A DNA stretch of 64,000 bases from Chrysemys picta bellii (GCF_011386835.1 NC_088801.1:63116001-63180000), one strand, 5' to 3'. Positions 14,001 through 29,000 are shown, numbered from the stretch's first letter. Notes: a model not told the origin generated them from the letters alone. Program-made: numbers and translations.

Positions 14001-17000
14001 TTCTAATCCTTGCTGCAATAATGGGAACAGTGGTGGTGAGAGGAGTTGGCAGAACATCTAGGTGGATCTGAGTAAACTCAAGCCAGACGGTAACTGGGAC
14101 TAACATGGCCCAAAGCACTGCTTCTGGCAGGCGGAAGTTGCAACAAATAGCACAAACTGTCCTGCAGTGGAGGATTCTTCCAAAAATTGCATATTTCACA
14201 GTCAAAAGATCATTTAACTTCAATACTGAAGTTAAATCTTATGAAACATGCAACTTGCCACAAAGTTGTTCACATACTGTGTGTGGGGCAGTAACAATCT
14301 ATCCATCTTGCTGAACCCCAAAGTCTGAAATTGTTGAAGATGCCAAAAAAATGCTGATGGGTGCTGGGAAGTGGTGGTTTTGAAACTTCACTCTGCTAAT
14401 TAAAGATAAATCCATACATCTGGTGTGGCTTTAATCTTGATCTCGTATGCTTAGAATTATCTCAACCTTTTCTATTAATATCCAAATCCACACTGAAACT
14501 CAGCAAGATATGTATTTGAGGCAGTGTTGCTTGAGATTCTTTATACTTGTAAATATCCATCCAGTAACTTCCTGGCCAGCTGAACAGAGCATCCAGAACT
14601 ATTTCTTAGTACTGGAATTTTGCATAACCTATAGTAACTCAAAGGCCTAATTGGAATGGGCTCCATACCCTAATGTTACTTTGAAATGCGAGACGCTGGA
14701 GATAGTCTTGTACTGCCTTTTGATCACAGATGGTAACTTTAAATGAAGTGCGTAAGCTGATAATTTGCAGATAAATCTTTATCACCTATCAAATCCTCTT
14801 ATTTGTCTGTCAGCAGACGTCTTCCAAAAAATCTCAATGAAAGTATTGCGATATGAAATCTTTCTACACATGCATAATCCTGCTTATTTCTCAAGGTATA
14901 TGGAAGCTGGAGGTTTAAATTTTCTTTAAACAAAATCCTCTTAAGTTGCTCTAACCAGTTAAAATTATCCTTAACTAAATCCACCTTCCATTTGACTCTG
15001 ATTAGAGATTATATGCATTTGAAATTTCTGAATACTAACAGGCCACCTTTTTAATGTCATGTAGGCTCATCATAAATCGAGCAAATAAGTGCCATTTTGA
15101 AGGATGGGCCTATTTAGTAAATCCAGTTTAGAACCAAGTGCACTTGGTTACTGACCTACTATTATACTGTCAAAACCCTTGGTGTTTTGGGAGGATGCTA
15201 ATTGCCCAGGTGGGCCTCGATATCTCAGCCATGTACCCACACTCTGAGTGCAAGGTTAGGCCCTCATCATTCAGAAATTCCTATGCTCATCAGGTTAAAT
15301 AAACTTTACAACAAATAGACTGAGGAAGTGCAAGTTGTGGTGACCTTTCCTTGGGGGTAGTAGAGTTCCCCCCCAGGCTTTGGAGCAGGGGCTTGAAATT
15401 TTACAGGGTGTTGCCCCGGTGTCAGGGACTTGACTTTGCCAACTCTGTGAAAATCTGGCCAAGTTGTAAGTAGATCTGTGCAGGAGCTGGATTTTTCATC
15501 TTGGGGTAGAGTTTTGCAAAATCAAAATTTCTTTGGTTGAAGAATGGACCAGAAACTGCTTCAAAATTTCACATGACCCAAAACTCCAAATAAGTTGAAA
15601 CTTTTTGTTCCAGTTTCAACTTTAAATATAAAATTTAAAAATTGAAATGGAAAATCAAAATGTTATGTTCCAAAAAGCTCAAAATTGAATGTTTCAGCCT
15701 TATCTAAATGCTTTCTTTCAACTTTTGTCTAAGGTTGTGTTTTCATCGAATGTTTTTGCTGTGGACAAATTGGCATTTTCCAACAGGTGTTTTGTTGGAA
15801 AATTCATAGCTAGAGCTGATTGGAAGCCTTTGGAAAAATTGCAGTTAGCACATGCTCTGAGACTTGTTAGACTTTAGCTGGTAAAATCCTTGAAGATTCT
15901 GTTTGAGCTAGGCAAACTTCAGCCAAAGTCTGAGCAGGACTTTCTCTTCAGCTGCAAGCTGCCTTGGACCATGCCAGGTCAGGGCACCACACACATCCCC
16001 TGCAGGGCAGCTGCGTAGGGCACCAAAATGGCTAAGGTCGGCCCGGGCTGTGAGTGCTTAGCACTTCTGCAAATAAGACCCCAGGGTCTCAACTTAAGTG
16101 CCCAGAAAATGAGGTGAACACAGCTAATGACCAGTTGTGAAAAATGTGGGCTAAATGACTTGATTAGCATCTGGCAGGAATTCTGTTTCATAAAGCCACA
16201 AGGATCGAATCTAGTTCTCCAGAGCAGTATTCAATTGTCTTACCCATGACTGTCCTTTTTCTTACTGCAATTCCCCTGCTTCATTTACTACCTACCTTCC
16301 AATTTCTGCAACAAATTGGGCCGGTATCCTACAGACAAAAGTATTCTTCATACTGTATACTAAATGAGGAAGGGGTTCTGAAGAAACAGTAGTGTGTGAT
16401 CATGCGATTGAATCCTAATGCATATGCATAAGGGAGCCGAATAACATTGCCTATGCAGCCTTACTTTTTGCTCCCTTAATGTTGGTGTGTGTGTGTGTGA
16501 GTGTTAGGATTTGTCTACCTGGGAACACTCAGGAAAGTTAATCTGAGTTAATGAAAGGATAAATCTACTTGAAATTTGCACCTTTCATTAACTCTGATTG
16601 ATTTTCCAGAGTGTCCTGGGCAAACGAATCCATAGAATAAAGCTACATAGAAGTATCCATTATGTTTTAGCATAGCAATGCAAAAAACTAAATTGAGTAA
16701 CTTACTAAAATGTCAAAGTTCCATTGTTTTTAATCTACTGAATGCACCTCAACACAACATATAAAAGCATCTTAATAGGCAGTTCTTATTGATAAGGGGC
16801 TGTCTTCCTGCGTTAATGATATCAAACTAATTAAATTAAGCCTCTATTTTAAGGGACACAGTCAAATTCATACTTAACATTGAGAGGGAGAATGGGAAAT
16901 GTGTATGTACTCTATGCATTTGACTACACTTTCTGGTTATTCAGTTTCTCCTGTGTGCTTTGGCCTTTCACAGTAACAGGAGAGAGAAACTAATTATATA

Positions 17001-20000
17001 TAAAGAGAATTGTAAAATCACTTGCGTAGGCATGATGACTCAAGGGCAGGTTTAGTGCCTGAAATGACACATTTTGAAAGTGACTAGATGTGTGACTGCT
17101 TCACTTTTTAAAAGAAATTAGATCTGCAGTAGCTGTCATACTTTCTCTTGGTATCTAGGAAAGGGAGTTCTTGAAGAACTATGTGCAGCGGATAGTGGAT
17201 GTCAGGCCTACCCTGGTTCTGGTTGAGAAGACTGTGTCCCGAATTGCCCAGGACATGCTGCTGGAACATGGCATCACTCTGGTCATCAATGTCAAGCCGG
17301 TGAGTGCTTAGTCCCAAACACAGTAACAGCATAGGATACTTGCAGAGTATCCTGTTGCTGTAATAAGTCATGTCTGGCCTGGTCATTTTAAACAGGCTAA
17401 AATGCAATGATAGCTGGAGCTTAGTTAAATTATTATTTTATATTTCTTTGGAATAATTTCTCAAATATGAATTCTTAAACAATGAAATTAGTGTTACCCC
17501 AGTGATACAAACCAAGAGACTTCAAAGTTAAGGCTGTTTTTTTTCCTTAATTCGCTCTAGGAAAACACTATAATAAGCTAATGCCTTAGGCTTATCTAAG
17601 GCTGGAGTAGCAGATACAGCTTGGAATATATATTTTTAACTTATGACAGTATTGTGCCCTATTCTATTGTTTTATGCATGTTTACAGCAAGTATTAGACC
17701 GAATAAGTCGGATGACTCAGGGAGACTTGGTGATGTCAATGGATCAATTGTTGACCAAACCACACTTGGGAACCTGTCATAAATTTTACATGCAAGTGTT
17801 CCAGTTACCTAATGGTGAGTAGAACCTGGATGTCCTAGTTCATTTGTCCAAAACAGAGTTGGCGAGTGGATTATTAATTTACTAATACTGCTATGTTAAG
17901 CAGCATGTCTTGGCTGCCAAGTAACTGAAATGAATGAAGAAAGGTTGACAGGGCTGTTAAGCATAGCTTTGCTATAATAGTCTTGATGTTTTATACCCCC
18001 AACAAAGAGTGCAAATAATTCTATATCTATCTAATGCAGAGGTGGGCAAACTATGGCCTGCGGGCCACATCCAACCCGCCGGACCGTCCTGCCCGGCCCC
18101 TGAGCTCCTGGCCCGGGAGGCTCACCCCCGGCCCCTCCCCCGCAGCCTCAGCTCGCTGTGCTGCCGGCTCAGTGCTCTGGGTGGCGGGGCTGCGAGGTCT
18201 TGCTGGGGAGCGTAGCTGAAGAGCCACGGCCTGACCCCATGCTCTGTGCTGTGCAGTGGCTGGCTCCAGCCGGGTGGCACGGCTTTCTGTCCTGGTGCTC
18301 TGGGCAGTGCGGCTGTAGCGCCGCCAGCCACCGGTGTTCCAGGCAGCGTGGTAAAAGGGCAGGAAGCAGAGGGGGTTGGATAGAGGGCAGGGGAGTTCAG
18401 GCGTGTGGATAGAGGTCGGGGCAGTCAGAGTGGGGAACGGGGGTTGAATGGGGTCCAGGGTCTGGGGGGGGGGGACGGACAGTCAGGAAGGAGAAGGGGG
18501 GTTGGATGGGGTGGCATGGGCACAGCCTCCCTTAACCGGCCCTCCATACAATTTTGGAAACCCGATGTGGCCCTCAGGCCAAAAAGTTTGCCCGCCCCTG
18601 ATCTAATGTTTTGCCAAAAACATGAAGAAATGATCCATATTATGCTGATCTCCATATACAACACATGAAACGAGCATCTAACAAGGGGACCAAAAAACCT
18701 CATTTGGTCGGGAGCCTAGGGGAAGAAACTGCAGGTACAATATTGTTGACATTTTAATTACAGAAACAAAAGGCCAGTGCAGCAAGGAAGACAGCATAAA
18801 TGAATCCCTTACGCTAGATCAATGTAAAGCTTAGCCCAATGGGTTACTTAACAATGGGCTGCCTCCTGGCTGTAATAACCTGCATTTCCCCCTAACTTCC
18901 CCCCCCCCCCCCCCCCACCCACACTCCTCAAATTCTTTTAGCTAGAAAGAAACCAAGTCAAGGCATTTGCTTTCAAAGTCTGTAGGCTTTAGAACATCCT
19001 GAGTTAAACAGTGGAATAGGTAGTGGAATCGCCATCATTGCAGATTTTTAAGAACAGGCTAGACCAATACATAGACCATCCCTGACAAGTGTATTCAATC
19101 TTGCCTCAGCATGGGTGGGATGGACTAGATGACTTTTGAGGTCTATTCTAGCCCTACACTTTTATGGCTTAGCTTAATCTTGGTATATTGGGACATATGT
19201 TGCTTATTTGTTTTGTTCTGTCCTGACTGGATTCAAAATGTATAGCAACTTGACTGGCAAAGTGAGGGACAGCGGAGGCTAACTTTCCATAAAGAAACCT
19301 AAAAATATACAACTTGAGCCACACCCTTGGTTTGGACTGGGCATGAGTTCCTGGCAGCGGTGTTGCAATAACTGGTTGTGTCTCTAGTTCCAACTCTTAT
19401 GTCATAATTAGCGTTCATTTTTTTCATAGGAAAACAGTTCAGTTCTGCTGCTTGCTTGTGAAATGTGAGAGCTGCTTGACCCTCACAGTTTTCCTCTTAA
19501 CTTTTCTAGATCAAACCAAAACCTTAATGTTTTTTGAAGGGTGCCCCCCACACTTGGGCTGCACCATCAAGTTGCGTGGAGCTGCAGACTATGAACTGAC
19601 CCGAGTGAAGGAGATCCTTATCTTTATGGTCTGTGTGGCTTATCATTCCCAGCTGGAAATTTCTTTCCTTATGGACGAGTTTGCCATGCCCCCATCTCTG
19701 ACTAAAAACAACTCCTTCCACACACTGATTGAAAGCCAAGGAGATGAAAATGGGTACCAAGACCTCTTTAATGGTGAGGAGTTTAGCACAATGGTCAGAG
19801 ATGTTGAGCTCTCTACTGAAAAAGTGCCCATGGTCTCTGAGTCTGTCTCTTCCGATGAAGCCAGCACACTAGAACAAAGAACTTTGTTTGAAGAAGAGGA
19901 TCAAGACGATGATGATGTCCTGCGAGAGGGTTCCTCTTTAAGGCACCAAGAGCATCTCAGAATGGAATATTCACTGCCAGTGTCGAGCAATATTACAACA

Positions 20001-23000
20001 CCAGTACCAGAATCACGGCTACCCTTCCATAATATGGACCAACACCCAGGCACTCTATATAGTCAGCCTCTGGAGACTCTGCAGCAGCCAGGTGACCTGC
20101 AGGATTCCAAAAGCCAGATGAGAGTCTTTAGAGACCCTCTGCAGGATGACACTGGTTTGTATGTCATGGAGGAGGTGACGTCCTCCGAGGATCGCCTCAA
20201 GGCCTACTCCTCAGCATTTAAGCAGGAGCTGAAAGATGTTATTCTCTGTATCTCACCTGTGATCACGTTCCATGAACCTTTTCTTCTAACAGAGATGGGC
20301 ATGAGGTGCCCTGCCCGGGACTACTTCCCAGAGCAGGTATATTTGTCTCCTTTCCTCAACAAAGAGTATAAGGAGCTGGAGAGCAGAAGGAAGAAACAGC
20401 TGTTAAGGGATCTCTCTGGACTGCAAGGGATAAATGGAAGTATCCAGGCAAAGGCCATCCAGGTTTTGCCCACCCATGAGTTAGTTAACACTAGAATTGC
20501 AGAGCATCTGGGTGATAGCCAAAGCTTGGCCAGAATGCTGGCAGATTACCGGGCCAGAGGAGGAAGGATACAACAGAAAAATGCAGATCCCTTTGCTCAG
20601 TGTAAAGATGCACCTGGTGTTCCTGGAGGAAAAGTTGGAGGCAGAAATGAAGAGGATGAGAGAGGATTGATTCGGGGTGAATCTGTGTGGTCTCATAAGG
20701 TAAGAATCTAGGTTTTTACCTCCTGTTTTTGTTTAGTGGTGAGAGAAAGAACATACTTCTGAATATCCTATTTAGGAACAGGCCAGGCATAACAAAAGTT
20801 CATATTGGACTGCAATGCTCTGTCAGCTTGGATGTCAGCTTGTTTAATCACCACATTGTGGTCCCTGATTGTGAGATGCTGACCTGAGGGATTGTGGATG
20901 GAGGGGGCTTGTAAGGCACTTGCTCCCTGAACCCCCAGGAAGAGCAAGAAACTTGGTACATCTCATTACCAGCTCAGTTTTACATGCTGGGAGTGAATGT
21001 GCTTGCATCCACAATCGGGGGGTGAAGTGTGGGATGGGGAAGAGAACCATCTGTTTAAAAGCTGTTTGTTTTTTCTCTCTTCATACTGAGTAACGCTAAT
21101 GTTGATATTGTCTCCTAGTGAGTTTGGTAGCTAAAGGTCATGAATGGTATCCAGTTAGAATAAAGGACAGTGTTGGGAGGATGTAACTGCAAAGTATTTT
21201 TTAAAAAATCTCTTAATATTCTAAATATCTGATCCAGATTAGTTGGAAAAGTATCAAGAGAATCTTTTTAATGAAAATGTAATTCTAGCCTTTCCCTTAA
21301 TTATACTGTCTTTGAAATATCACAATTTGTGTACAAAAACACTTGTGAAGAAGCAATTTTTTTCATAAACAGGTATCTGTTTTCACAGATGGATAAATCT
21401 TTCTTGTTTGCTATGAAAATTGCCAACTTCTGCCTGGGGGGGAATCTCTCAGCTCTTCTTGGGATGTGATGCTTTTTTGCACTAGAAGCTGTGGTTACTG
21501 GCAGAAGTGGCTGAACTTCATTTAGAGCAAACAAGTGAATACTTGCCAGTCCAGCTCCCCAGCACAAAAATATCTTCACTGGTTGACTTTTTGGTGGGGG
21601 TTTATATTTATATTGAAGTTTTAGCAGCAGAATAGTAATCCTGTTTGGGGCGTGGGAGAGGGGAAATCTACCTTCTCTATTTTGAATAATTGAGATGCTG
21701 TGTATTAGAAAAACTGTTCTTGCAAGGAGGTAAGCAGCAAATGTCAAGATTCAGGCTCAAGATTTCTTGTTCCAAAGGATTAAAATGCACACTTGTGGAT
21801 TAAAGACCTCTCAAACTGTCACAAACTGTTTAAAAGTCCACTTGGGCTTCCTATTCCTGAAACTTTTGTACCTAATTGGTTGTGCTGTAATCCAAAAAAG
21901 TCCTCTAGGTAGAAACTTAATCTCCTGAGAAAAGTAAATCCGACAAATGGGACAAACTCAGAATCTCTCACTGAATAAAATTCCATTCTATGCAGCTTTT
22001 AAAGTGTAAACTATTTTGTATTGGTGGAAATATGTGGTTGTAACTGGCTAATGGGTTGTCTTGTCAGGTGGACTGTCTGAGTCCAGTAAACCATCAGAGG
22101 CTCTGTGTTCTTTTCAGCAGCTCCTCTGCCCAGTCCAGCAATGCTCCAAGTGCCTGCGTTAGCCCATGGTATGAAATGAATTTCTTCTTCTTCTCTATGG
22201 CTCTCTTAAAATACAAAGTTTAAGTATTAATATCTCCCTCTTTCTATGAAGGCAAGGGGTCAGTGCTAATTCCTCTGTACAGCTTCACTAAGGACTCCTA
22301 GGAAGGCAGCTTAGCCCTTTTTAGAGTTGCCTGTCACAACATTAAGCTGTGTATGACCAGATGGATTTGAGTAATGTCACTTACCTTTGTAATGCTTAAT
22401 AAGGCAGGAATGAAGAGGGGAAAAAAAAGCCCAACCTGTAATTCAGTGCTCTAACTAATCACTGCTTTTGTATGTGGGCCTGATGAAATTCATCCTAGAG
22501 TACTTGAGGAACTAGCTGAAGCAGTCTTGAAAGTGTTAGCAGTTATCTTCGAGAGCTCATGGAGGATGGGTGGAGGTCCCAGAAGACTAGAAAAGAGCAA
22601 ACATAGTACCTATCTTTAAAGGGAGAACAGACCCAGGGAATTATAGACAAGTCCGCCTAACTTTAATACCGGGAAAGATAGTGGAACAAATTAATAAACA
22701 ATCAGTTTGTAAGCACTGAGGGAATAGCATTATAAGGAATAGCTAGCATGGATTTGTCAAAACCAAATCCTTACAAACCAACCTAAAGCCCTTCTTTGAT
22801 AGGGTTACTGACTAATGGATGAGGGGGGAAGCAGAAGGCATGATTTATCTTTAGTAAGGCTTTTGTCACAGCCCTTCATGACATTCTCATAAGCAAACTG
22901 GGGAAATATGGTCCAGATGAAATTACTATAAAGTGGGTGCACAACTGGTTGAAAGACCGAACTCAAAGTAGTTGTCAGTTTACGGTTGGTTTACCGTCAA

Positions 23001-26000
23001 ACTGGGAGTATGTTTTTAGTGGGGTCCCATGGGCGTCAGCCCTGTATCTGATAGTAGTTAATATTTTAATTAATGACTTGGACAATGGTGTGGGGAGTAT
23101 GTTTATAAAACTTGCAGATGACACCAAGCTGGGAGGAGTTGCAGGCACTTTGGAGGACAGGATTAGAATTTAAAATGAATTTGACAAATAGGAGAATTAG
23201 TCTGAAATCCGCAAGTTAAAATTTAATAAACCCAAGTACAAAGTACTACACTTAGGAAGGAAATATCCAAAGCCCAACTACAAAATGGGAAGTAACTGGC
23301 TAGGTGGTAGTATTGCTGAAAAGTATCGGAGAGGTTATAGTGGATCACAAATTGAATATTAGTGAACATTGTGGTGCTGTTGCAAACAAGGGTAATATTC
23401 TGGTGTATATTAATAGGAGTGTCATACACTGGTGAGGCCTCCGTTGGAGTACTGTGTCCAGTTCAGGGTGCCGCACTTTGGGAAGGATGTAGACTAATTG
23501 GAAAGAGAACAAAGGAGAGCAACAAAAATGTGGAAAGGTTTAGAAAACCTGACCTATGAGGAAAGTTTAAAAAACCTGGGCATGTGTAGTCTTGAGAAAA
23601 GAATACCAAGGGAGGACCCGATAAGTCTTCAAATATGTTTAAAGGCTGTTTTTAGAAAGGGGACAGTGATCAGTTGTTCTCCATGTCCTCCTGAAGGTAG
23701 GACAAGAAGTAATGGGTTTAATCTGCAGCAAGGGAGATTTAGGTTAGAGATTAGGAAAAACTAACTATCAGGGTAGTTAAGCTCTGGAATAGACTTCCAA
23801 GGGAGGTCGTGGAATCCCCATCATTGGAGGTGATTAAGAACAGGTTTGACAAATACCTATCAGGGATGGTCTGGGTTTACTTTGTCCTGCCTCAGCAGAG
23901 GGAGCTGGACTTAATGACCTCTCGAGGTCCCTTCCAGCCCTACATTTCTGTGGTTCTGTACAGTAGATTTTAATGTAGTGACTGTGTGGGGAGTGAAATC
24001 TGTGGAGTCTCTGTTGGGCAGGTTGGGACTTGTAAATTCAGAAGATTTTTTTTTTTTCATTTCTAGTAGTAGGGCTCCAGAATGGGGTGTAGAAAATCCA
24101 CTACAATCTAAATATTAATACAGTTTTACTCACCTAGCGAGGGCAGGAATTTCTTTGTAGCAAGTAGCATTTCATGTTTAAATGTCTGCAGCGCTAGCTG
24201 TGAGGCTGCAGGTTTCTGGCAGACTTTTAATACAAATCCTTAGCTGTTCACTCTGGGTAGGGCTTGTCCCCAAACAGCCAGTGCAGTTGGAGGGAGATAA
24301 TGGAAGTAAGGGTGGCACGGTATGGTATTGCCATCCTTACTTCTGCACTGCTGCTGGCAGGGTGCCACCTTCAGAGCTGGGCACCCAGCCAACAGCCGCC
24401 GCTCTCCAGCCACTCAGTTCTGAAGGCAGTGCAGAAATAAGTGTGGCAATACTGTGACTTCCCTGTAACTCCCTTTTTGGTCAGGACCCCCAATTTGAGA
24501 AACGCTGGTCTCCCCTGTGAAATCCCTATAGTATAGGACAGGGCAACTTTTGGCATCCGGCCCAGGGCCGGCTCCAGGCACCAGCCCACCAAGCTTGTGC
24601 TTAGGGCAGCACCTGGAGGGGGGCGGTGCAGTGCGGTGCTCCGGCTCTGGCCGCCCCCCCCGGCGCGAGCAGGGACACGGCCGGGCTCGCCGCCCTCCCC
24701 CGGCGCTCTGGCCGCCGGGGAGAGCGGAGCCCCGGCCGGGCACTCCGTCCTCCTCCCAGGGCTCCAGCCGCCCTCCCCCCCCCGGCGCCCTCCCCTCGGC
24801 CACCGGGGAGAGCGGAGCCCCGGCCGGGGCTCGCCGTCCTCCTCCCCCCCCCCCCGGGGCTCCGGCCTTCCTCCTCCCCCGCGTCCTCCCCTGCCGCGCT
24901 GGGGCGGGGGGGGGGGGGGCGGCCGGAGGCTTTTTTGCCTGGGGCGGCAAAAAAGCCAGAGCCAGCCCTGATCCGGCCCGTCAGGGTAAAGCCGCTGGCA
25001 GGCCGGGCTGGTTTGTTTATCTGGAGCGTCCGCAGGCATGGAGCCCCGCAGCTCCCACTGTCCACGGTTTGCCATTCCTGGCCAACGGGAGCTGTGGGAA
25101 GCGGCATGGGCCGAGGGACATGCTAGCCAGTGGGAGCTGTGGGTCTCCGTGCCTGCGGACGCTCCAGATAAACAAACTGGCCTGCCAGCGGCTTTACCCT
25201 GATGGGCCGGATGCCAAAGGTTGCCGACCCCTGGTATAGGGTAAAAGCACATACAAGACCAGATTTCACCGGGAGGGGGAGACAAGATTTCATGGTCTGT
25301 GATATGTTTTTCATGGCCATGAATTTGGTAGGGCCCTACTCATGTTAAAGCAACAAATAAAGCAGCAAAATTGATTCTAGACAAAACTTCCAAATTTTGG
25401 TGCCTAAAATGAGTTATCCAAATCAGTATTTAGGCACCTAAAGTGGCTCTTCTTTTTTCCAAAGTTGCAGAGCACCTGAAGTGCCCATTAAAATCATTTA
25501 GAGGGGATGAGCTGGGATGCTGTGTTCGGCACCTTTGAAAATCATGCCCCATTAGGTGTTCAAATATTGATGAAAATTACTAACTTCAGATACCCAAGTT
25601 GGGAAGTTCTTCACCATAATCTTTAAAGGCACACCTGTGTGGCGTTTGCTGAGATAAACGTACTTACTCATGAGCGTTCCCATGTTGTAGTCATTCCTGT
25701 AATGTACACCTCTCAAACCAATACAAGATCCTGCTTCTTAAATTCTTTCTGTTCTTCCTCTGCATCAGGATTGTGACAATGGAGTTCTATGGGAAGAACG
25801 ACCTCACTCTAGGAGTGTTTTTAGAGCGGTATTGTTTCAGGTAAGAACTTTTACACTAGAATACCACCTGTGCTTTTAAGAAAGTCTTCAGTAGCCTCAT
25901 TAGACTGATATGCTTTTCTTACAGACATGCATGAAATACTGTATAGTTTATAGAGAATTGTTTTCATGATGCGCTTAAAAAGATATTCATATCCTGTGAA

Positions 26001-29000
26001 AATCTTTGGCAAAACGTTCTTTAGCGACAGCTCTGCTGAATAGATCTTCTATAATTCTTTTCCATTTGTTTTATTAGGATGCATGCAGAAAAACAGGAAT
26101 TATATTTCTTAAAGTATGTTTCATTTACTCCTGCTGCCTTCTTACAAGTGAAAATGTGCTCATATTGTTACCTCCCTCCTATCCATTTGTTTAATCACCT
26201 GTTGCATATTACAGATGTCTGAGGCAGGGACTATCTCTTTACCGCATGTTTGTACAGAGCTTGCCACAATGGGGTCCAGATTGGGAGCTCTAGGTAGTAC
26301 TTTACTGCAAATAACTCCGTCCGCTACAAAGCAGTTAATTGTGTTGGTCATAATCCTCTAATTTTACAACAGTTGCTATGGAACTTCAGGTGAGATCGGC
26401 AGCAGGAGCAAATTCCTAAGGAATAGTGATCCAGTTTCATATAATGCTTGGAAAAATCTACTGCCTAAATATTATCAGAATGTCTAAAAATATTTTTTTA
26501 AGATATCCGCATAAGAGAGTCTGATGCAAACTTTTAGAACATACTGACTTTTGGTAAACAGGCTGTGCTGGTGGTCAAACCAATACCTCAGCTATATTAA
26601 GTAGCTTAACACTTTAAGAACATAAGAATGGCCATACTGGGTCAGACCAAAGGTCCATCAAGCCCAGTATCCTGTCTTCTGACAGTGGCCAATGCCAGGT
26701 GCCCCAGAGGGAATGAACAGAACAGGTAATCATCAAGTGATCCATCCCGTCGCCCATTCCCAGCTTCTGGCAAACAGAGGCTGGGGACACCATCCCTGCC
26801 CATTCTGCCTAATAGCCATTGATGGACCTATCCTCCATGAATTTTTCTAGTTCTTTTTTGAACCCTGTTATAGTCTTGGCCTTCACAACACCCTCTGGCA
26901 AGGAGTTCCACAGGTTGACTGTGCGTTGTGTGGAAAAAATACTTGCTTTTGTTTGTTTTTAAACCTGCTGCCTATTTCATTTGGTGGCCCCTAGTTCTTG
27001 TGTTGTTGGGAGTAAATAACACTGACTTTCTCCACACCAGTCATGTTTTTATAGACCTCTATCATATCCCCCCTTTGTCATCTCTTTTCCAAGATGAAAA
27101 TTCCCAGTCTTATTAATCTCTCCTCATACAGAAGCCATTCCATACCCCTAATTTTTGTTGCCCTTTTCTGAACCTTTTCCAAATCCAGTATATCTTTTTT
27201 GAGATGGGTCGACCATATCTGCACGCAGTATTCAAGATGTGGGTGTACCATGGATTTATATAGAGGCAATATTTTCTGTCTTATTAGCTATCCCTTTCTT
27301 AATGATTCCCAACATTGTTTGGTTTTTTGACTGCCGCTGCACATTGAATGGATGTTTTCAGAGAACTATCCACAATGACTCCAAGATCTTTCTTGAGTGG
27401 TAACAGCTAATTTAGACCCCATAGTTTTATATGTATAGTTGGGATTATGTTTTCCAATGTGCATTAGTTTGCATTTATCAACATTGAATTTCATCTGCCA
27501 TTTTGTTGCTCAGTCACCCAGTTTTGAGAGATCCTTTTGTAACTCTTTACAGTCTGCCTGGGACTTAACTATCTTGAGTAGTTTTGTATCATCGGCAAAT
27601 TTTGCCACCTCACTGTTTACCCCCTTTTCCAGATCATTTATGAATATGTTGAATAGGACTGGTCCCAGTACAGACTCTTGGGGGACACCCCTATTTACTT
27701 CTCTCCATTCTGAAAACTGATCATTTATTCCTACCCTTTGTAGCCAACTGAATGTCCCCACTTCTTTTCTTTAAGGCCTTCCTATCAATGCCCCAGCATG
27801 TTTTGTGAAACACCGATGGTGCACCACGTTCGTCGCTTTGTCCACGGGCAAGGCTGTGTGCAGATCATACTGAAGGAGCTAGACTCCCCAGTCCCTGGAT
27901 ACCAGCACACAATCCTTACCTACTCCTGGTGTAGATTGTGCAAACAGGTAAAGATTAAGAGAAATATTCTGATGCTATGGTAGCAGAATCCCAAGTGTGA
28001 TAGGTCTTCACGCAGAGGGCAATGCCTTTCAGAAGGAGCTGTATTTTCTCAAGAGCTGCAGCTGAAGTAGTACTAGCAGCTTCTGATCTGTATAAGTGCT
28101 TCCAGATGTAACTAAGACTAACCCTACATAACCCACTGATGCTGTTGGGTGTAGTGCTCCCAGTATATGGTACTACAGGGGAAATATCTGCCCCTGCTTA
28201 AAAAAGGCTATCAGATCTTTTTTGAAAGGATAAATAGCTTTGGATAATGGTGCTGACACACTGAACCAAATTAATTTCAGGCACCAGCAGGTGAGTGCTC
28301 CATTGATTTAAATGGAATCGTTCCCACATGTGCCAGTAGAGGTTGTGGCCCCCTGGCCATAACAAAACTTGTTGAATGTTGAAGTGGGGAGAGACAAAAC
28401 TCCACTCTCCTGATGTACTGGTCCATTAATTGACCTAAAACCATCTCCTCCACAATGTACTCTTGCTATTATCCACTGTACATAGTGTGTGTCTGTATCA
28501 AGTCCAACAGCACCTGCTGTACTCTATTTCAAAACTATCTACAAATTTTCTTTGTTCAGCACTAAAATACTAGATGAGAGAACTGCAATATTAGATGAAT
28601 TTTATATCCTTTTTAAAAGCCAGAAATAATTAGTAAAATAACACATACAGGGCATGTGCTTTTTCTTGTAATTTCAGTAATCTTCATATACTTATTTAAG
28701 AAAACTAGCTAGATGTCCCCTGGAGTTAAAACAAACTAACTTCTACTTAATTTTAGAAATCTACTTGTAATCACCAGTCTCTTGAGTGAATTTTATTAAA
28801 GACCCCTTAAATTAACTTCATTTCCTGTACATTTAAACAAAGTACATAGCCATTTTGCCATCTAGAAACTATATAGAAAAATATTCAACTTACAGTAGCA
28901 ATTCTAATGACTTCATGCTATCTGTATTGGTTTATACCATGATGATGATGATGGAGGATTTAAAGGAATTGGAGGAAATTAGTGTGATAGCTGAAGGCAG

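Larger units (their letters stand above)
24289..25336. mobile_element. Older DNA-transposon relic hosting two nested hAT MITEs
   Basis: Sequence resumes after the 24539-25233 insert and ends ...ATGAATTTGGTAGGGCCCTA; left boundary approximate. Confidence 0.5.

Noticed and set aside
19452-19509. N-terminal extension and start of the 419-aa ORF
   Set aside because: Intronic read-through upstream of the PIKFYVE exon-8 acceptor at 19509, not an independent gene.
24371-25285. Several 120-300-aa Pro/Gly/Arg-rich ORFs on both strands
   Set aside because: They lie entirely in nested GC-rich MITEs, where stops are rare by composition, and show no domain motifs.
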